Shown piece by piece: positions 1-8,884 of a stretch of 43,381 bases of DNA. The notes under the pieces are model-generated. The model saw only the letters and a list, made by a program, of their open reading frames with translations. It made no database searches and was not told where the DNA came from. The first letter of the stretch is position 1. The number at the start of each line of letters is the position of its first letter. The translations under genes and the position numbers were made by a program. The stretch is taken from positions 1 to 43,381 of the forward strand of contig DATJGF010000184.1 in assembly GCA_035495315.1 (NCBI GenBank). The letters run 5' to 3'. The stretch comes from Candidatus Limnocylindrales bacterium. GTDB taxonomy: Bacteria > Verrucomicrobiota > Verrucomicrobiia > Limisphaerales > UBA8199.

Positions 1-365
1 TGGGTGTGGGTAGAACACACCGCCAACCGGTCCGGGTCGACGTGCTTCTTTTTTCGCAGGCGCTGCGCGACTTCGTCGCGAATCGCTGCGGGGACACCAC
101 AGTTATCCACTGTGACCAGGATCGCAGGACGTTCAGCATCGCTGCCAAAAGCCAGGGCCTTGGCGTAAAGCTTCTGGGCAACACCCTCGGACTCGGTCTT
201 GCGTGAAGCATATCCGGTCAACCGGATGGGATAGCTTGGAGTAATATCGATCTTTGCAACGCCCACCGCGCGGAGCGGCGCCTGATTTACCCCATATGCC
301 TCTGTGGCGCCCAAGCAGATCGCACCCGATAAGAAATATCGGATGAAGCGTAGTGACATGCGCAT
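1..365 (-). CDS. 5'-partial gene running off the window start. N-terminal signal peptide followed by a neutral/alkaline ceramidase-like N-terminal domain (…VGVAKIDITPSYPIRLTGYASR…VCSTHTH).
   Basis: My own minus-strand translation gives MRMSLRFIRYFLSGAICLGATEA…AKIDITPSYPI…LVTVDNCGVP…DRLAVCSTHTH with no stop down to position 1. The in-frame upstream stop is at 435-437, and ATG start codons occupy 363-365 and 357-359. The ORF track omits it because the ORF is open at the window edge. The motifs resemble the ceramidase N-terminal family (DITPP…GY…THTHSGP). Confidence 0.5.
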   Translation of the reverse strand, partial: MRMSLRFIRYFLSGAICLGATEAYGVNQAPLRAVGVAKIDITPSYPIRLTGYASRKTESEGVAQKLYAKALAFGSDAERPAILVTVDNCGVPAAIRDEVAQRLRKKKHVDPDRLAVCSTHT

Positions 366-490
366 ACTGTAAGACGCGCCGCCGGTTTGAAAAGAAAAAC
401 CGCCTACGGAAGGCCGAGCTCCGCGAGGCCCACTTTATTTCATTAACCTCGAGGAGTGTGGGCCTCGCGAAGCTCGGCCTTCCTGTAAAA

Positions 491-1234
491 CTATTCGCCT
501 TTGGAGGAGAACTGATCCTCTTTTCGTTTGAACAGCAGGTTGAAAGTTGTGAGCGATCCGTACGAACGAGTGATGTACTGCTGCATCTCCACCTTGTCGC
601 TATCGGTCAGCGCGGGGTGCCCGTTTATCTTTTGCTCGAGCACCCGTAATTGGTTCCGCAGGCCGACGATCTTGTGAAAGAACACCTCCATTGGAACTTC
701 CTTTGTTTGCAAAGTTGGATCCGAAGGGTGGAGGACCATTTTGCCCTTGTGCCACTTTGGGCCAAGTTGTTCGATCACGGCATCGGGCTTTTCGTAGCCC
801 AAGCGATCGATCACTGACTCGATCGTATTCTCGACGAACTGCTTTAACGGCTGCTCGAGACCACTGACGGTCACGCTCGGCTCTGCCGGCGTGACGCCGC
901 TGAGGTCGGGATCGATCGTCCGCATGGCATCATCAAACCGAATCTCCGCCGACTTCTCTGAAATCGTTTTGACCGTCCCGAGTCCATATTGCGGGTGACG
1001 GATCCGCAGTCCCACGTGAAGCGCTTCAATTTTCATGCTCCTTAGTTTAGCGATTAGCGTCGTCGCAGCCACACGGAAGTTTGACCGAAGTCCCGGCAGG
1101 AATTGACTTTCTCCGGCAAGCGGTTCAGCGAAACTTTGTGGTGTTAGCCGCCTGCTCTCCTTTGATGAGTCGCTCAAGACCATCGCGGTTGCGGAAAACA
1201 TCGCGGTGTTTCCCCCGTTGGGAGGGGAGGGCAA
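491..1234 (-). CDS. Hypothetical protein carrying an HPQYGLGTV motif (DUF3553/UvrD-C-like small beta domain). The true start may be the internal ATG at 1036, reading MKIEALHVGL….
   Basis: The ORF is 247 aa in the track. Its N-terminal 66 aa are low-complexity. An AAGGAG motif sits immediately upstream of the internal ATG at 1036, though with short spacing. Confidence 0.5.
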   Translation of the reverse strand: MPSPPNGGNTAMFSATAMVLSDSSKESRRLTPQSFAEPLAGESQFLPGLRSNFRVAATTLIAKLRSMKIEALHVGLRIRHPQYGLGTVKTISEKSAEIRFDDAMRTIDPDLSGVTPAEPSVTVSGLEQPLKQFVENTIESVIDRLGYEKPDAVIEQLGPKWHKGKMVLHPSDPTLQTKEVPMEVFFHKIVGLRNQLRVLEQKINGHPALTDSDKVEMQQYITRSYGSLTTFNLLFKRKEDQFSSKGE

Positions 1235-1325
1235 ACGCCTGCTGGCGCGCTTGCGGGTCTCTTAAGCCAGTCCCATGCCTTCCCTCCGTTGACAGGGGGA
1301 ATTTGGCCGTTTAGTGTGCGGGCAC

Positions 1326-2588
1326 ATGTCTCGGCTGCCTTTCGAACTGCTGCTGGCGGTGAGGTACTTGCGGCCCAAAAGGACTTTCGTCTCGGTGATC
1401 ACACTGATTTCCGTGCTGGGCGTCACTTTAGGGGTCGCCGTGCTGATCATCGTGATTAGCGTGATGAGCGGCTTTGATCACGACCTGCGCGACAAGATCC
1501 TCGGCTTTAATCCGCAGCTGCGGATCATGAAACGGGAAGGTACGCTGCGTGATTACGAGGCGGTGATGCGGCAGGTTTCCTCCAACAACGTGGTGCAAGC
1601 CGTCGCCCCGTACGTTCTCGGGCAAGTGATGGTCGAGACGCAACCCCAAAATGGGCCGTCCCAATTTGCTGCACCTGTATTGCGGGGGTTGGATCCGCAG
1701 CTGGAACCTAAAATTACCTCACTGGCGAGCAACATCATTGAAGGCAAATTCGATGTGAGCGATCGCGGTCTGTTGGTCGGCAACGAGTTTGCCCGCAACA
1801 TGGGACTGCAGGTAGGTGACCGGATATCGATTTACTCGCCGCAAGAGCTGCAAAAGATGCACCGCAGCCAGGGCAAAGAAACCGTGCTCCCCGATGAATA
1901 CACGGTCCGGGGGATTTTTGATGTCGGTTATTTCGAATACGACGCTCAAGTGATCATGACCTCGCTGGAAGACGCCCAGGAGTTGTATGTGCTCGATTCC
2001 AGCGTGCACGGCTTAATGGTGGTGTTGCATGATCCGTATCAAGCCCCCCAGGTCGCAAAGCAGTTCGCACGGATGTTGGGCCCGGAATTTCAAGTCACAA
2101 CCTGGATGCAAGAAAATGCCAGTTTGCTCGGGGCGTTGGTCGTTGAGAAAAATGTCATGTTTTACCTGCTCTTCTTTATCATGATCGTCGCGGCATTGTG
2201 CATCTTGAGCGCACTGATCACGTTTGTGGTCCAGAAGACGCGCGAGATTGGGATGCTCAAGGCACTTGGCGCAACCGACCTGCAGGTCGCCGGGTTGTTT
2301 CTAAGCCAGAGCGGATTTGTCGGAGCCGTCGGTGTCGCCGCCGGCTTTGGCCTCGGGCGCCTCTTGCTCGGATACCGAAACGAATTTTTGGCTTTCATGA
2401 ATCATCTTACCGGGTTTGAACTCTTTCCCGCTGCCATTTACGGGTTCAGCAAACTGCCGGCACTAATCATCCCGCGGGATATCCTGCTCATCTGCGGCAG
2501 CGCACTGTTGATTTGCCTTCTGGGCGGGATTATCCCGGCCTGGCGTGCCGGCAGATTGAAGCCAGTCGAGGCTCTGCGCTATGAGTGA
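1326..2588 (+). CDS. lolC: Lipoprotein-releasing system transmembrane permease LolC/LolE (FtsX/MacB-type permease).
   Basis: The N-terminus MSRLPFELLLAVRYLRPKRTFVSVITLISVLGVTLGVAVLI…SGFDHDLRDKILGFNPQLRI is the classic LolC/E signature, and the C-terminus carries the FtsX 4-TM domain. The ATG at 1326 is downstream of a GTG at 1314. The gene overlaps lolD by 8 nt. Confidence 0.9.
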   Translation: MSRLPFELLLAVRYLRPKRTFVSVITLISVLGVTLGVAVLIIVISVMSGFDHDLRDKILGFNPQLRIMKREGTLRDYEAVMRQVSSNNVVQAVAPYVLGQVMVETQPQNGPSQFAAPVLRGLDPQLEPKITSLASNIIEGKFDVSDRGLLVGNEFARNMGLQVGDRISIYSPQELQKMHRSQGKETVLPDEYTVRGIFDVGYFEYDAQVIMTSLEDAQELYVLDSSVHGLMVVLHDPYQAPQVAKQFARMLGPEFQVTTWMQENASLLGALVVEKNVMFYLLFFIMIVAALCILSALITFVVQKTREIGMLKALGATDLQVAGLFLSQSGFVGAVGVAAGFGLGRLLLGYRNEFLAFMNHLTGFELFPAAIYGFSKLPALIIPRDILLICGSALLICLLGGIIPAWRAGRLKPVEALRYE

Positions 2589-3264
2589 GATCGTGCTCTC
2601 GGCCCGGAACGTTCATAAGACCTACCTGCTCGGTAAACGGTCGCTCGAGGTCTTGCGCGGGGTTGACCTTGAACTTGGCCGAGGCGAGTTCCTCGCTCTG
2701 CGCGGCGCCTCGGGTGCGGGCAAAAGCACCCTGCTGCACCTCCTGGGCGGATTGGATAATCCGAACGAGGGGGAAATTTGGCTCGGACAGCGCAACCTTG
2801 CCGAATTGTCCCGAGGTGAACTGGCACGCGTGCGGAACCACGAGATCGGGTTCATCTTCCAAGCTTATTATCTGCTGCCCGAATTGGACGCATTGGAGAA
2901 CGTCTGCCTGCCGGCGCGCATGGCACGAACCAATCCCAGCAAGGCGGAAGCTCGGGGCCGCGATTTGCTCGCCCGCGTCGGCTTAAAAGATCGTATCGAT
3001 CATAAACCCTACGAACTGTCAGGCGGCGAACAGCAACGAGTCGCCATTGCCCGTGCCCTGGTGAATGAACCCAATGTCATTCTGGCCGACGAGCCGACGG
3101 GTAACCTGGATTCGCACACGGGGGAAGAAATCATTGAGTTGCTGGTCTCATTACGGGCAGAAAAGCAAACGACGCTCGTTATCGCGACACACGATGCGAA
3201 GGTTGCGGCGCGCGCGCCGAGAGTGATTGAGTTGGTGGATGGGGAAGTTAAACGTGATGCGTGA
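2581..3264 (+). CDS. lolD: Lipoprotein-releasing system ATP-binding protein LolD (ABC ATPase).
   Basis: It has a Walker A motif (GASGAGKSTLL), the ABC signature LSGGEQQRVAIARAL, a Walker B motif (ILADEPTGNLD) and an H-loop (ATHD). The gene is translationally coupled to lolC. Confidence 0.9.
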   Translation: MSEIVLSARNVHKTYLLGKRSLEVLRGVDLELGRGEFLALRGASGAGKSTLLHLLGGLDNPNEGEIWLGQRNLAELSRGELARVRNHEIGFIFQAYYLLPELDALENVCLPARMARTNPSKAEARGRDLLARVGLKDRIDHKPYELSGGEQQRVAIARALVNEPNVILADEPTGNLDSHTGEEIIELLVSLRAEKQTTLVIATHDAKVAARAPRVIELVDGEVKRDA

Positions 3265-3290
3265 AACGTGAAACGTAAGACGTAAGAAGG
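3246..3290 (+). repeat. Short tandem repeats: GTGAAAC x2 followed by GTAAGAC/GTAAGAA x2, located between lolD and the methyltransferase.
   Basis: Read directly from the sequence: gtgaaacgtgaaacgtaagacgtaagaagg. Confidence 0.4.
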
Positions 3291-3300
3291 GGTCGTTAGG

Positions 3301-3879
3301 ATGAACGAAGAGTATTGGGAGAGTAGATATCAGACCAAGGACATGCCTTGGGAGAAAGGGGCACCCTCACCGGGGTTGGTCGATTTTCTTCTAGCGCATC
3401 GGTCTCTGCCGCGCGGAACCGTTTGCGTGCCGGGTTGCGGGACTGGTCACGACGTGCGGGCGTGGGCACAAGCTGGTTTTGAGGCATACGGATTCGATAT
3501 TGCGCCAAGTGCCATCCAGTGGGCTCATGAGTCCACGCGAGCAGCCGGGCTTGCTGCGGAATTTAAACTTGCTGATTTTCTTCACGATGATCCGCCGTTT
3601 TTATTCGATTGGATTTTCGAACACACGCTGTTCTGCGCAATTCAGCCAAATCAGCGCGACGATTACGTTGCAGCGGTTCTACGTTGGCTAAAACCGAGCG
3701 GCCATTACCTGGCAGTTAACTATCTTATCCCGGATCAGGATGGGCCGCCCTTTGGCACTACGCGTGATGAACTGTGGCAACGCTTTTCGCCTCACTTCGA
3801 CTTGGCCGAAGAGCACGTGCCTCGGTCGTATCCAAATCGGACCGGGTTGGAGCTGATGTTGTGGTGGCGGCGGAAGTAA
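3301..3879 (+). CDS. SAM-dependent methyltransferase of the thiopurine S-methyltransferase (TPMT) family.
   Basis: Motifs YWESRYQ…PW, VPGCGTGHDV (SAM motif I) and LKPSGHYL are present, and the protein is 192 aa. An AAGGGG Shine-Dalgarno-like sequence lies about 10 nt upstream of the ATG. Confidence 0.7.
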   Translation: MNEEYWESRYQTKDMPWEKGAPSPGLVDFLLAHRSLPRGTVCVPGCGTGHDVRAWAQAGFEAYGFDIAPSAIQWAHESTRAAGLAAEFKLADFLHDDPPFLFDWIFEHTLFCAIQPNQRDDYVAAVLRWLKPSGHYLAVNYLIPDQDGPPFGTTRDELWQRFSPHFDLAEEHVPRSYPNRTGLELMLWWRRK

Positions 3880-3884
3880 ACGGT

Positions 3885-3997
3885 CCGAAAATCGAAAACC
3901 GAGGGCCGAAATAACACCGAATCGGAAGCGTGAATCCGCAGAATAGCGCCTTGGTTCGGTTTCGGTCTTCGGTTTTTTCGGCCTTCGAGCTTCGGCC
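3885..3997. repeat. A CCGAA-rich tract of four to five copies followed by a TTCGG-rich tract of six copies. Together they can fold into a long imperfect hairpin able to slip between several registers.
   Basis: Bases 3885-3925 read ccgaaaatcgaaaaccgagggccgaaataacaccgaatcgg. Bases 3949-3997 read ccttggttcggtttcggtcttcggttttttcggccttcgagcttcggcc. The tract lies in a 510-bp non-coding gap between the methyltransferase and the flotillin gene. Confidence 0.5.
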
Positions 3998-4388
3998 TTT
4001 GGATTTTAGAACCGTCGTAAGTTTCTCCGCCAGCGCCGCGTACATTCCCGGCATCTTGACAATACGCGCAAACGTGAGATTGATCTTTCCAGCAGTAATG
4101 CAGCCTAAGTTGGCCTTCCTTCCTGAAGGCCAATGCGGGGGACCCAAACTCCTCGAGCAGGTGCTCGGGGGTGGGGCGCAGAGCCGCGGGTAACCGTAGC
4201 TCAGGTCACTTCCTGGACCTAGCCCGTCAGCTAACCTCGTCGGCGATGGGAAGGGCGATCCTCTAGGGTCCCGCGAGTGCGAGATCCCCACGTTCTCCCA
4301 GTAGCAACAGCGCTGTACTTCGCGCGGCGATACCGCGCGGTGTTCAGCCACATCGGCGCTGCGCCTCAAGCTCAGCGCCTGAAGACGT

Positions 4389-6188
4389 ATGAAACTGGTA
4401 TTAACTCTCATGGGAGAGCACCCGATGCTCTCCACGCTCCTAATCCTATCGGTTCTGCTTTGCTTGTCGCCGGCCTTATTGGGAGCAGTCCTGATTCGCG
4501 AACGACAGGTTGGCATCATCGTCAAAAAATTCGGTGGCCATTCCCTGCCACCGGGTCGTCTGATTGCTTTAGCCGGTGAATCCGGCTACCAGGCCGACAC
4601 ACTCGCGCCGGGTTTGCACTTCGGTTTTTTCCCGTGGCAATACCGGATTATCAAGGTGCCAGTCACCGTTGTGTCGCAAGGCGAAATCGCCCTGGTCGTC
4701 GCCGCCGATGGCGCACCTATCCCAGCCGAACGCATCCTCGGAAAAATCGTCGAATGCGATAATTTCCAGAATGCGCGCCAGTTCCTGGTCAATGGCGGCG
4801 AGAAAGGCCGCCAACTCGGAATCCTCACTGCCGGCACGTATCGAATTAACCCAGCGTTGTTCACGGTGATTACTTCAATGACTGCGATTGAGCACGAAAT
4901 GACCGCTGCGCAACTGCGCCTGCATCGAGTCGAATCCGACATGGTAGGGATCGTTACTACGCTCGACGGCAGACCGATTGAGTCAGGAGAAATTGCCGGA
5001 CCGGTAATCCCCGGCCACGAGAACTTCCAAAATGCGCAAGCATTTCTGGACGGTGGTGGTCGGCGCGGGTTGCAAGAGCAGACGTTGCTCTCAGGCACGT
5101 GGAATCTCAATCCATGGTTTGTTCAGGTCGAGCAGGTGCCGATGGTGCAAATACCGATCGGCTACGTCGGCGTGGTCATCTCGTACGTGGGGAAGGCGCA
5201 TGTCGACGTCAGTGGAATCGAGTTCAAGCACGGGGACCTGGTCGAGGTCGGCCACAAAGGTGTTTGGGTAACACCGCTGTATCCCGGCAAAGCTCCCATC
5301 AACACCCGAGTGATGAAGGTGGAGTTGGTGCCCACCACCAATATCGTGCTCAACTGGGCTACTCGCACCGAGTCCCATCACTACGATGAAAAACTCTCGT
5401 CCATTACAGTGCGTTCGAGGGACGGCTTCGCGTTCAACCTGGACGTCGCCCAGATCATTCATGTCGGCGCGCTGGATGCCCCTAAAGTGATCTCGCGCGT
5501 CGGGTCGATGCAGAACCTGGTCGACCACGTCCTGCAGCCGATTGTCGGGAATTATTTCCGCAACTCGGCCCAGGATTACACCGTGCTCGACTTTTTGAGC
5601 GCGCGGAGCCAGCGGCAGATCGAGGCCGCCGAGCATATTCGAGCGGCGTTGGGGGCCTATGATGTGCAGGCGATTGACACGCTCATCGGCGATATCAATC
5701 CGCCGGCGCAACTCATGCAAACACAGACCGACCGCAAGCTCGCCGAAGAGCAGCGAAAGACCTATGAGATGCAAGAGGCTGCCCAGAAACAGCGGCAGCA
5801 GTTGGTGCGTCAGACTTCGCTTGCCGATATCCAGCACCAGGTCGTCGGCGCCGAGCAAGGCGTCAATATCGCCGAACTGCAGGCCAATGCGCAGGTCAAG
5901 CAGGCGACGGGCGAGGCCGAGTCGACGCGGTTGCGCGCGCACGGCGACGCGGAAGCAATCCGGGCCACCGGCCAGGCCAAGGCCGAAGCCTATCGCGCCG
6001 GCGTCGAGTCGCTCGGCGCGCAGCCCTATACGATCATGCAGTTGATGCAAATCGTGGGCGATCGCAATGTGCGGATCGTGCCGGACGTAGCGGTCAGCGG
6101 CACCAACGCCAATCCGGGTCTGGTGGATGGACTGCTCGGACTGATGCTGCGCAACCAGTCAAACGGTCATCAGGTCAAGTCCAGCTAG
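4389..6188 (+). CDS. Flotillin-like SPFH/band-7 protein (YqiK family). It has an N-terminal TM helix and an internal duplicated NFQNA…FL.GGG…G.Q.L..GTYRINP.F motif.
   Basis: A TM segment LSTLLILSVLLCLSPALLGAVLI is followed by ERQVGII. A charged coiled-coil C-terminal half (KLAEEQRKTYEMQEAAQKQRQQLVRQ…AQVKQATGEAESTRLRAHGDAEAIRATGQAKAEAYRAG) is typical of flotillin/YqiK. Alternative starts exist at 4410 and 4425. Confidence 0.8.
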   Translation: MKLVLTLMGEHPMLSTLLILSVLLCLSPALLGAVLIRERQVGIIVKKFGGHSLPPGRLIALAGESGYQADTLAPGLHFGFFPWQYRIIKVPVTVVSQGEIALVVAADGAPIPAERILGKIVECDNFQNARQFLVNGGEKGRQLGILTAGTYRINPALFTVITSMTAIEHEMTAAQLRLHRVESDMVGIVTTLDGRPIESGEIAGPVIPGHENFQNAQAFLDGGGRRGLQEQTLLSGTWNLNPWFVQVEQVPMVQIPIGYVGVVISYVGKAHVDVSGIEFKHGDLVEVGHKGVWVTPLYPGKAPINTRVMKVELVPTTNIVLNWATRTESHHYDEKLSSITVRSRDGFAFNLDVAQIIHVGALDAPKVISRVGSMQNLVDHVLQPIVGNYFRNSAQDYTVLDFLSARSQRQIEAAEHIRAALGAYDVQAIDTLIGDINPPAQLMQTQTDRKLAEEQRKTYEMQEAAQKQRQQLVRQTSLADIQHQVVGAEQGVNIAELQANAQVKQATGEAESTRLRAHGDAEAIRATGQAKAEAYRAGVESLGAQPYTIMQLMQIVGDRNVRIVPDVAVSGTNANPGLVDGLLGLMLRNQSNGHQVKSS

Positions 6189-6396
6189 GCAATGCAAACT
6201 GCAGCGGCAGAGTAATACCGCCGCTGCAGAACTCCCGGAACCCGGCAGCAGCTTCAGCCCCGCGTTCCGGTGCATTAGCAGGACGCTACTCCGACCACTC
6301 GACAATGGATTTCATTACTTGCGTTTTGGTGCGTTCGGGCCTAAAGGTCTGCAGGAACCAAAACTTTCATGTTGCGGCAAGATCCATCAAATTAAG

Positions 6397-7755
6397 ATGA
6401 AGCCAAACCGCCTCATCTGCACGATTTGGTTTTCGTTTCTTGCAGCAATCTCCGCCTGGGGAGACAGCCTGTACATGCCCTTGAACAGTCTGGATGTTGC
6501 GGCTCAAAGGGCGCCAGCAATCAATTGCGCGAACCAGCTCAGCCAAATCCTTGCCGCGGCCCGCTCCTGGTCAAATGATAACCTGGATCAGCCCCCACCT
6601 TCCCTGGAGGTGCTCAGCAACGATCTGCCGAGTCCCGCGGTGCTCTTTTGTCCCGCCAACTTGATTACCGCGGTTCCTACTAATTGGGCTCAGGTTGATT
6701 GGACAAAAATCGATTATACGTGGGTTTCACCGCCGGACTGGTCGAATCCAACAAACGTGGCTTGCGTCTGCCGCATTCATAACAACTACGGCCGCGTCGA
6801 GGGAAGCGTTTCTGTCGGGGACTACCGCCCTGGCTGGCCTTACCTCACCGCTACTCCTCCCTGGGTATTTGCCACCCCGGGGGAAAACGTTCGTTTCCAA
6901 TTCAATTATGCTTCCAATGCGCTCCTGCCTGTGACTTTTCAATGGCGGAGAGAACACGTATCCTACGTCACGAATATTACACGTTATGTTAACCCGGACG
7001 ACCCCACCGGCATTTACTGGCGAACCAACGTGGTTGGCAGGTTCGACCACACCAACTTGCCCGGCCAGACCAATCTCACCTTGTACATCTCCAATGCTCA
7101 AGCGGCTGATAACGATTACTACAGCGTTGCGGTCAGTAACGCGATCGGGCTCTGTGTTTCGCATCCGACGCGATTATTGATCGATGTCTCCGCCGCCGGA
7201 GTGGCGACCAACGAGCAGTGGTCACGGGCTTTCTGCGTGAACAATCTGAAAATGATCGGCCTGGCCGCCAGGCTGGTGTCCGATAATGCATCGGATCCGA
7301 TCTTTTCGCCGGGGTCTTTTCAAGCCTTGACCAACCGCGATGGTTCGCCGCTGCTGGGCTGGCCCACAGCTTTGTTCTGCCGCTCCGATACTAACCGGTC
7401 GGCCCCAGCCGATTGGTCGGCGGTGGATTTTTCCAACACCAGTTACGAAATGGTTCCGGGCGATCCACAAAATCCTTACGCAATCTTTTGTCGGTGTCAG
7501 GTCCACAGTTTTTACGTTCAAATGAACGGGGATGTAATTCAACAACCTCGTTTTAATTCAATTCATCGATTAAGCGACGGAAGCTTTAACCTCAGCTTCC
7601 ACGCGTTTGCCGGGAAAACTAACTTCCTCGAAACCTCAATTGATCTCCGGAATTGGAAGTTGGTTAAGAGCTACGACAACGTTCTGGGAGACGTCGAATT
7701 TATAGACTCTGGTCCAAGAGCAGCTCAAGGCTTCTACCGCGTTCGGCTTCCTTGA
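6397..7755 (+). CDS. Secreted protein containing two DUF1559-like (H-X9-DG family) core segments and an Ig-like module. It lacks the usual prepilin-type N-terminus.
   Basis: A signal peptide MKPNRLICTIWFSFLAAISAWG begins at the ATG at 6397. Repeat 1 reads AINCANQLSQILAAARSWSNDN…AVLFCPANL and repeat 2 reads AFCVNNLKMIGLAARLVSDN…TALFCRSDTN. Repeat 2 matches the DUF1559 CxNNLKQIGLA…LFxDG pattern. An Ig-like YYSVAVSNAIG motif is also present. Confidence 0.6.
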   Translation: MKPNRLICTIWFSFLAAISAWGDSLYMPLNSLDVAAQRAPAINCANQLSQILAAARSWSNDNLDQPPPSLEVLSNDLPSPAVLFCPANLITAVPTNWAQVDWTKIDYTWVSPPDWSNPTNVACVCRIHNNYGRVEGSVSVGDYRPGWPYLTATPPWVFATPGENVRFQFNYASNALLPVTFQWRREHVSYVTNITRYVNPDDPTGIYWRTNVVGRFDHTNLPGQTNLTLYISNAQAADNDYYSVAVSNAIGLCVSHPTRLLIDVSAAGVATNEQWSRAFCVNNLKMIGLAARLVSDNASDPIFSPGSFQALTNRDGSPLLGWPTALFCRSDTNRSAPADWSAVDFSNTSYEMVPGDPQNPYAIFCRCQVHSFYVQMNGDVIQQPRFNSIHRLSDGSFNLSFHAFAGKTNFLETSIDLRNWKLVKSYDNVLGDVEFIDSGPRAAQGFYRVRLP

Positions 7756-8849
7756 CGCGACGTGAGCCTTCGCGGACTGTTGCTGGAGTGAGTGCGGGTT
7801 GTCCTCTGAACATTCTTTACGTGTTTCACGGCCAGCAAAAAGCCTGTATTTCGATCACTCTGTTGGCTTCCATTCTGTTCGGGCTGCAGTATTGCGACGC
7901 CGCGGATTCAGCCCGCGCTGGAACGCTCGAAGAGTACCTGAAGGGCTTAGGCTATGAAGCAGCTGAGTTCGAAAGAACCGAGCATGCGCAGGATTTCGTC
8001 GAGGGTGCCTTGGGCGACGGGCGGAAGCATACTTTCCTGTTAGATACCGGTTGGGGAAACACAGCGCTGAGCAAGAGCGCTGCACGTGGTCTGAAGCAAC
8101 TCAATCCAGCCGCAGATTCCCGCGTTCAGCTGGTCGATTCAAACACCAACGCGGAAATTGTGTTAATGGGTAAACTTACTTTGGGCCAGGTTCAGTTCCT
8201 TAATCAGCCAGCGCGCGTCGAAGAATTGCGCGCAGACTATATTCGGCTGCCTTTCGATGCAGTTCTAGGATGCGATTTCCTGTTTCGCAACTTCTGCTTG
8301 ATTGATTGTTACAAGCACAGACTCTACGCGCACAAAACTCCACCCTCCGACGAACAAACCAGGGCGCTAGAGACAACTTTGCGGTTGAGTGGCTTCGCTG
8401 AAGTGCCGATAGACGCGCGATTTTTGCTGACAGTTGAGACCGAAATCAACGGCCAGCAGGTTCGACTGGCTCTCGACACTGGGGCCGCTTGCGATGAAAT
8501 CGACGATTCTCAACTGAAACGCCTGGGCCTCACCATTATCAAGTCTGACCAGGCAACCACCGGCAGTTTGATCCCTCAGGATATGGGCGCTGCTGTGTTA
8601 GGTGTCGGCTCAATCGGCCGCCACGGACTCAAAGTCACCAAGGTTAATACTTTTAGGCTTGGTTCGCATAACTGGAAGAACCTCTATTTCGGAGTTGCGG
8701 ATTTGAAGGCCTGGCACCTGGCGAAGCCCGGCACCGAGGGGGAAGCGGTCAAGGGCCTGCTCTGTCAACCGACACTCGCAGCGCATGGCGCCCTCATTGA
8801 TATTGCCCGCCAAAAGCTTTGGTTGCGCCCCGAAAAACCGAGCCGGTGA
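7752..8849 (+). CDS. Tandem (pseudo-dimeric) retropepsin-like aspartic peptidase of clan AA, carrying two DTG active-site motifs.
   Basis: Two active-site-like motifs, FLLDTGWGNT and LALDTGAACDEID, each sit in a retropepsin-like half-domain of about 150 aa. A hydrophobic N-terminal segment reads ISITLLASILFGL. The start is uncertain: the ORF opens at a TTG at 7752 that overlaps the upstream TGA, and in-frame GTG codons occur at 7788 and 7821. Confidence 0.6.
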   Translation: MTRREPSRTVAGVSAGCPLNILYVFHGQQKACISITLLASILFGLQYCDAADSARAGTLEEYLKGLGYEAAEFERTEHAQDFVEGALGDGRKHTFLLDTGWGNTALSKSAARGLKQLNPAADSRVQLVDSNTNAEIVLMGKLTLGQVQFLNQPARVEELRADYIRLPFDAVLGCDFLFRNFCLIDCYKHRLYAHKTPPSDEQTRALETTLRLSGFAEVPIDARFLLTVETEINGQQVRLALDTGAACDEIDDSQLKRLGLTIIKSDQATTGSLIPQDMGAAVLGVGSIGRHGLKVTKVNTFRLGSHNWKNLYFGVADLKAWHLAKPGTEGEAVKGLLCQPTLAAHGALIDIARQKLWLRPEKPSR

Positions 8850-8884
8850 TTAAAATGAAGCCGCCATCACCCAATGCGTGACGG

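Noticed and set aside
4190-4330. A tRNA-like fragment (gtagctcagg…) in the spacer upstream of the flotillin gene.
   Set aside because: It has no T-loop GTTCRANYC motif and no acceptor-stem complementarity, so it is not a tRNA.
3758-4525. A 255-aa minus-strand ORF spanning the methyltransferase 3' end and the repeat-rich spacer.
   Set aside because: It is Arg/Ser-rich and low-complexity. It overlaps a confirmed gene end and the CCGAA/TTCGG repeat region, so it is not coding.
5091-6050. A 319-aa minus-strand ORF and several shorter ORFs inside the flotillin gene.
   Set aside because: They are antisense to a well-supported gene. Their Arg/Leu/Gly-rich composition is typical of spurious frames in high-GC DNA.
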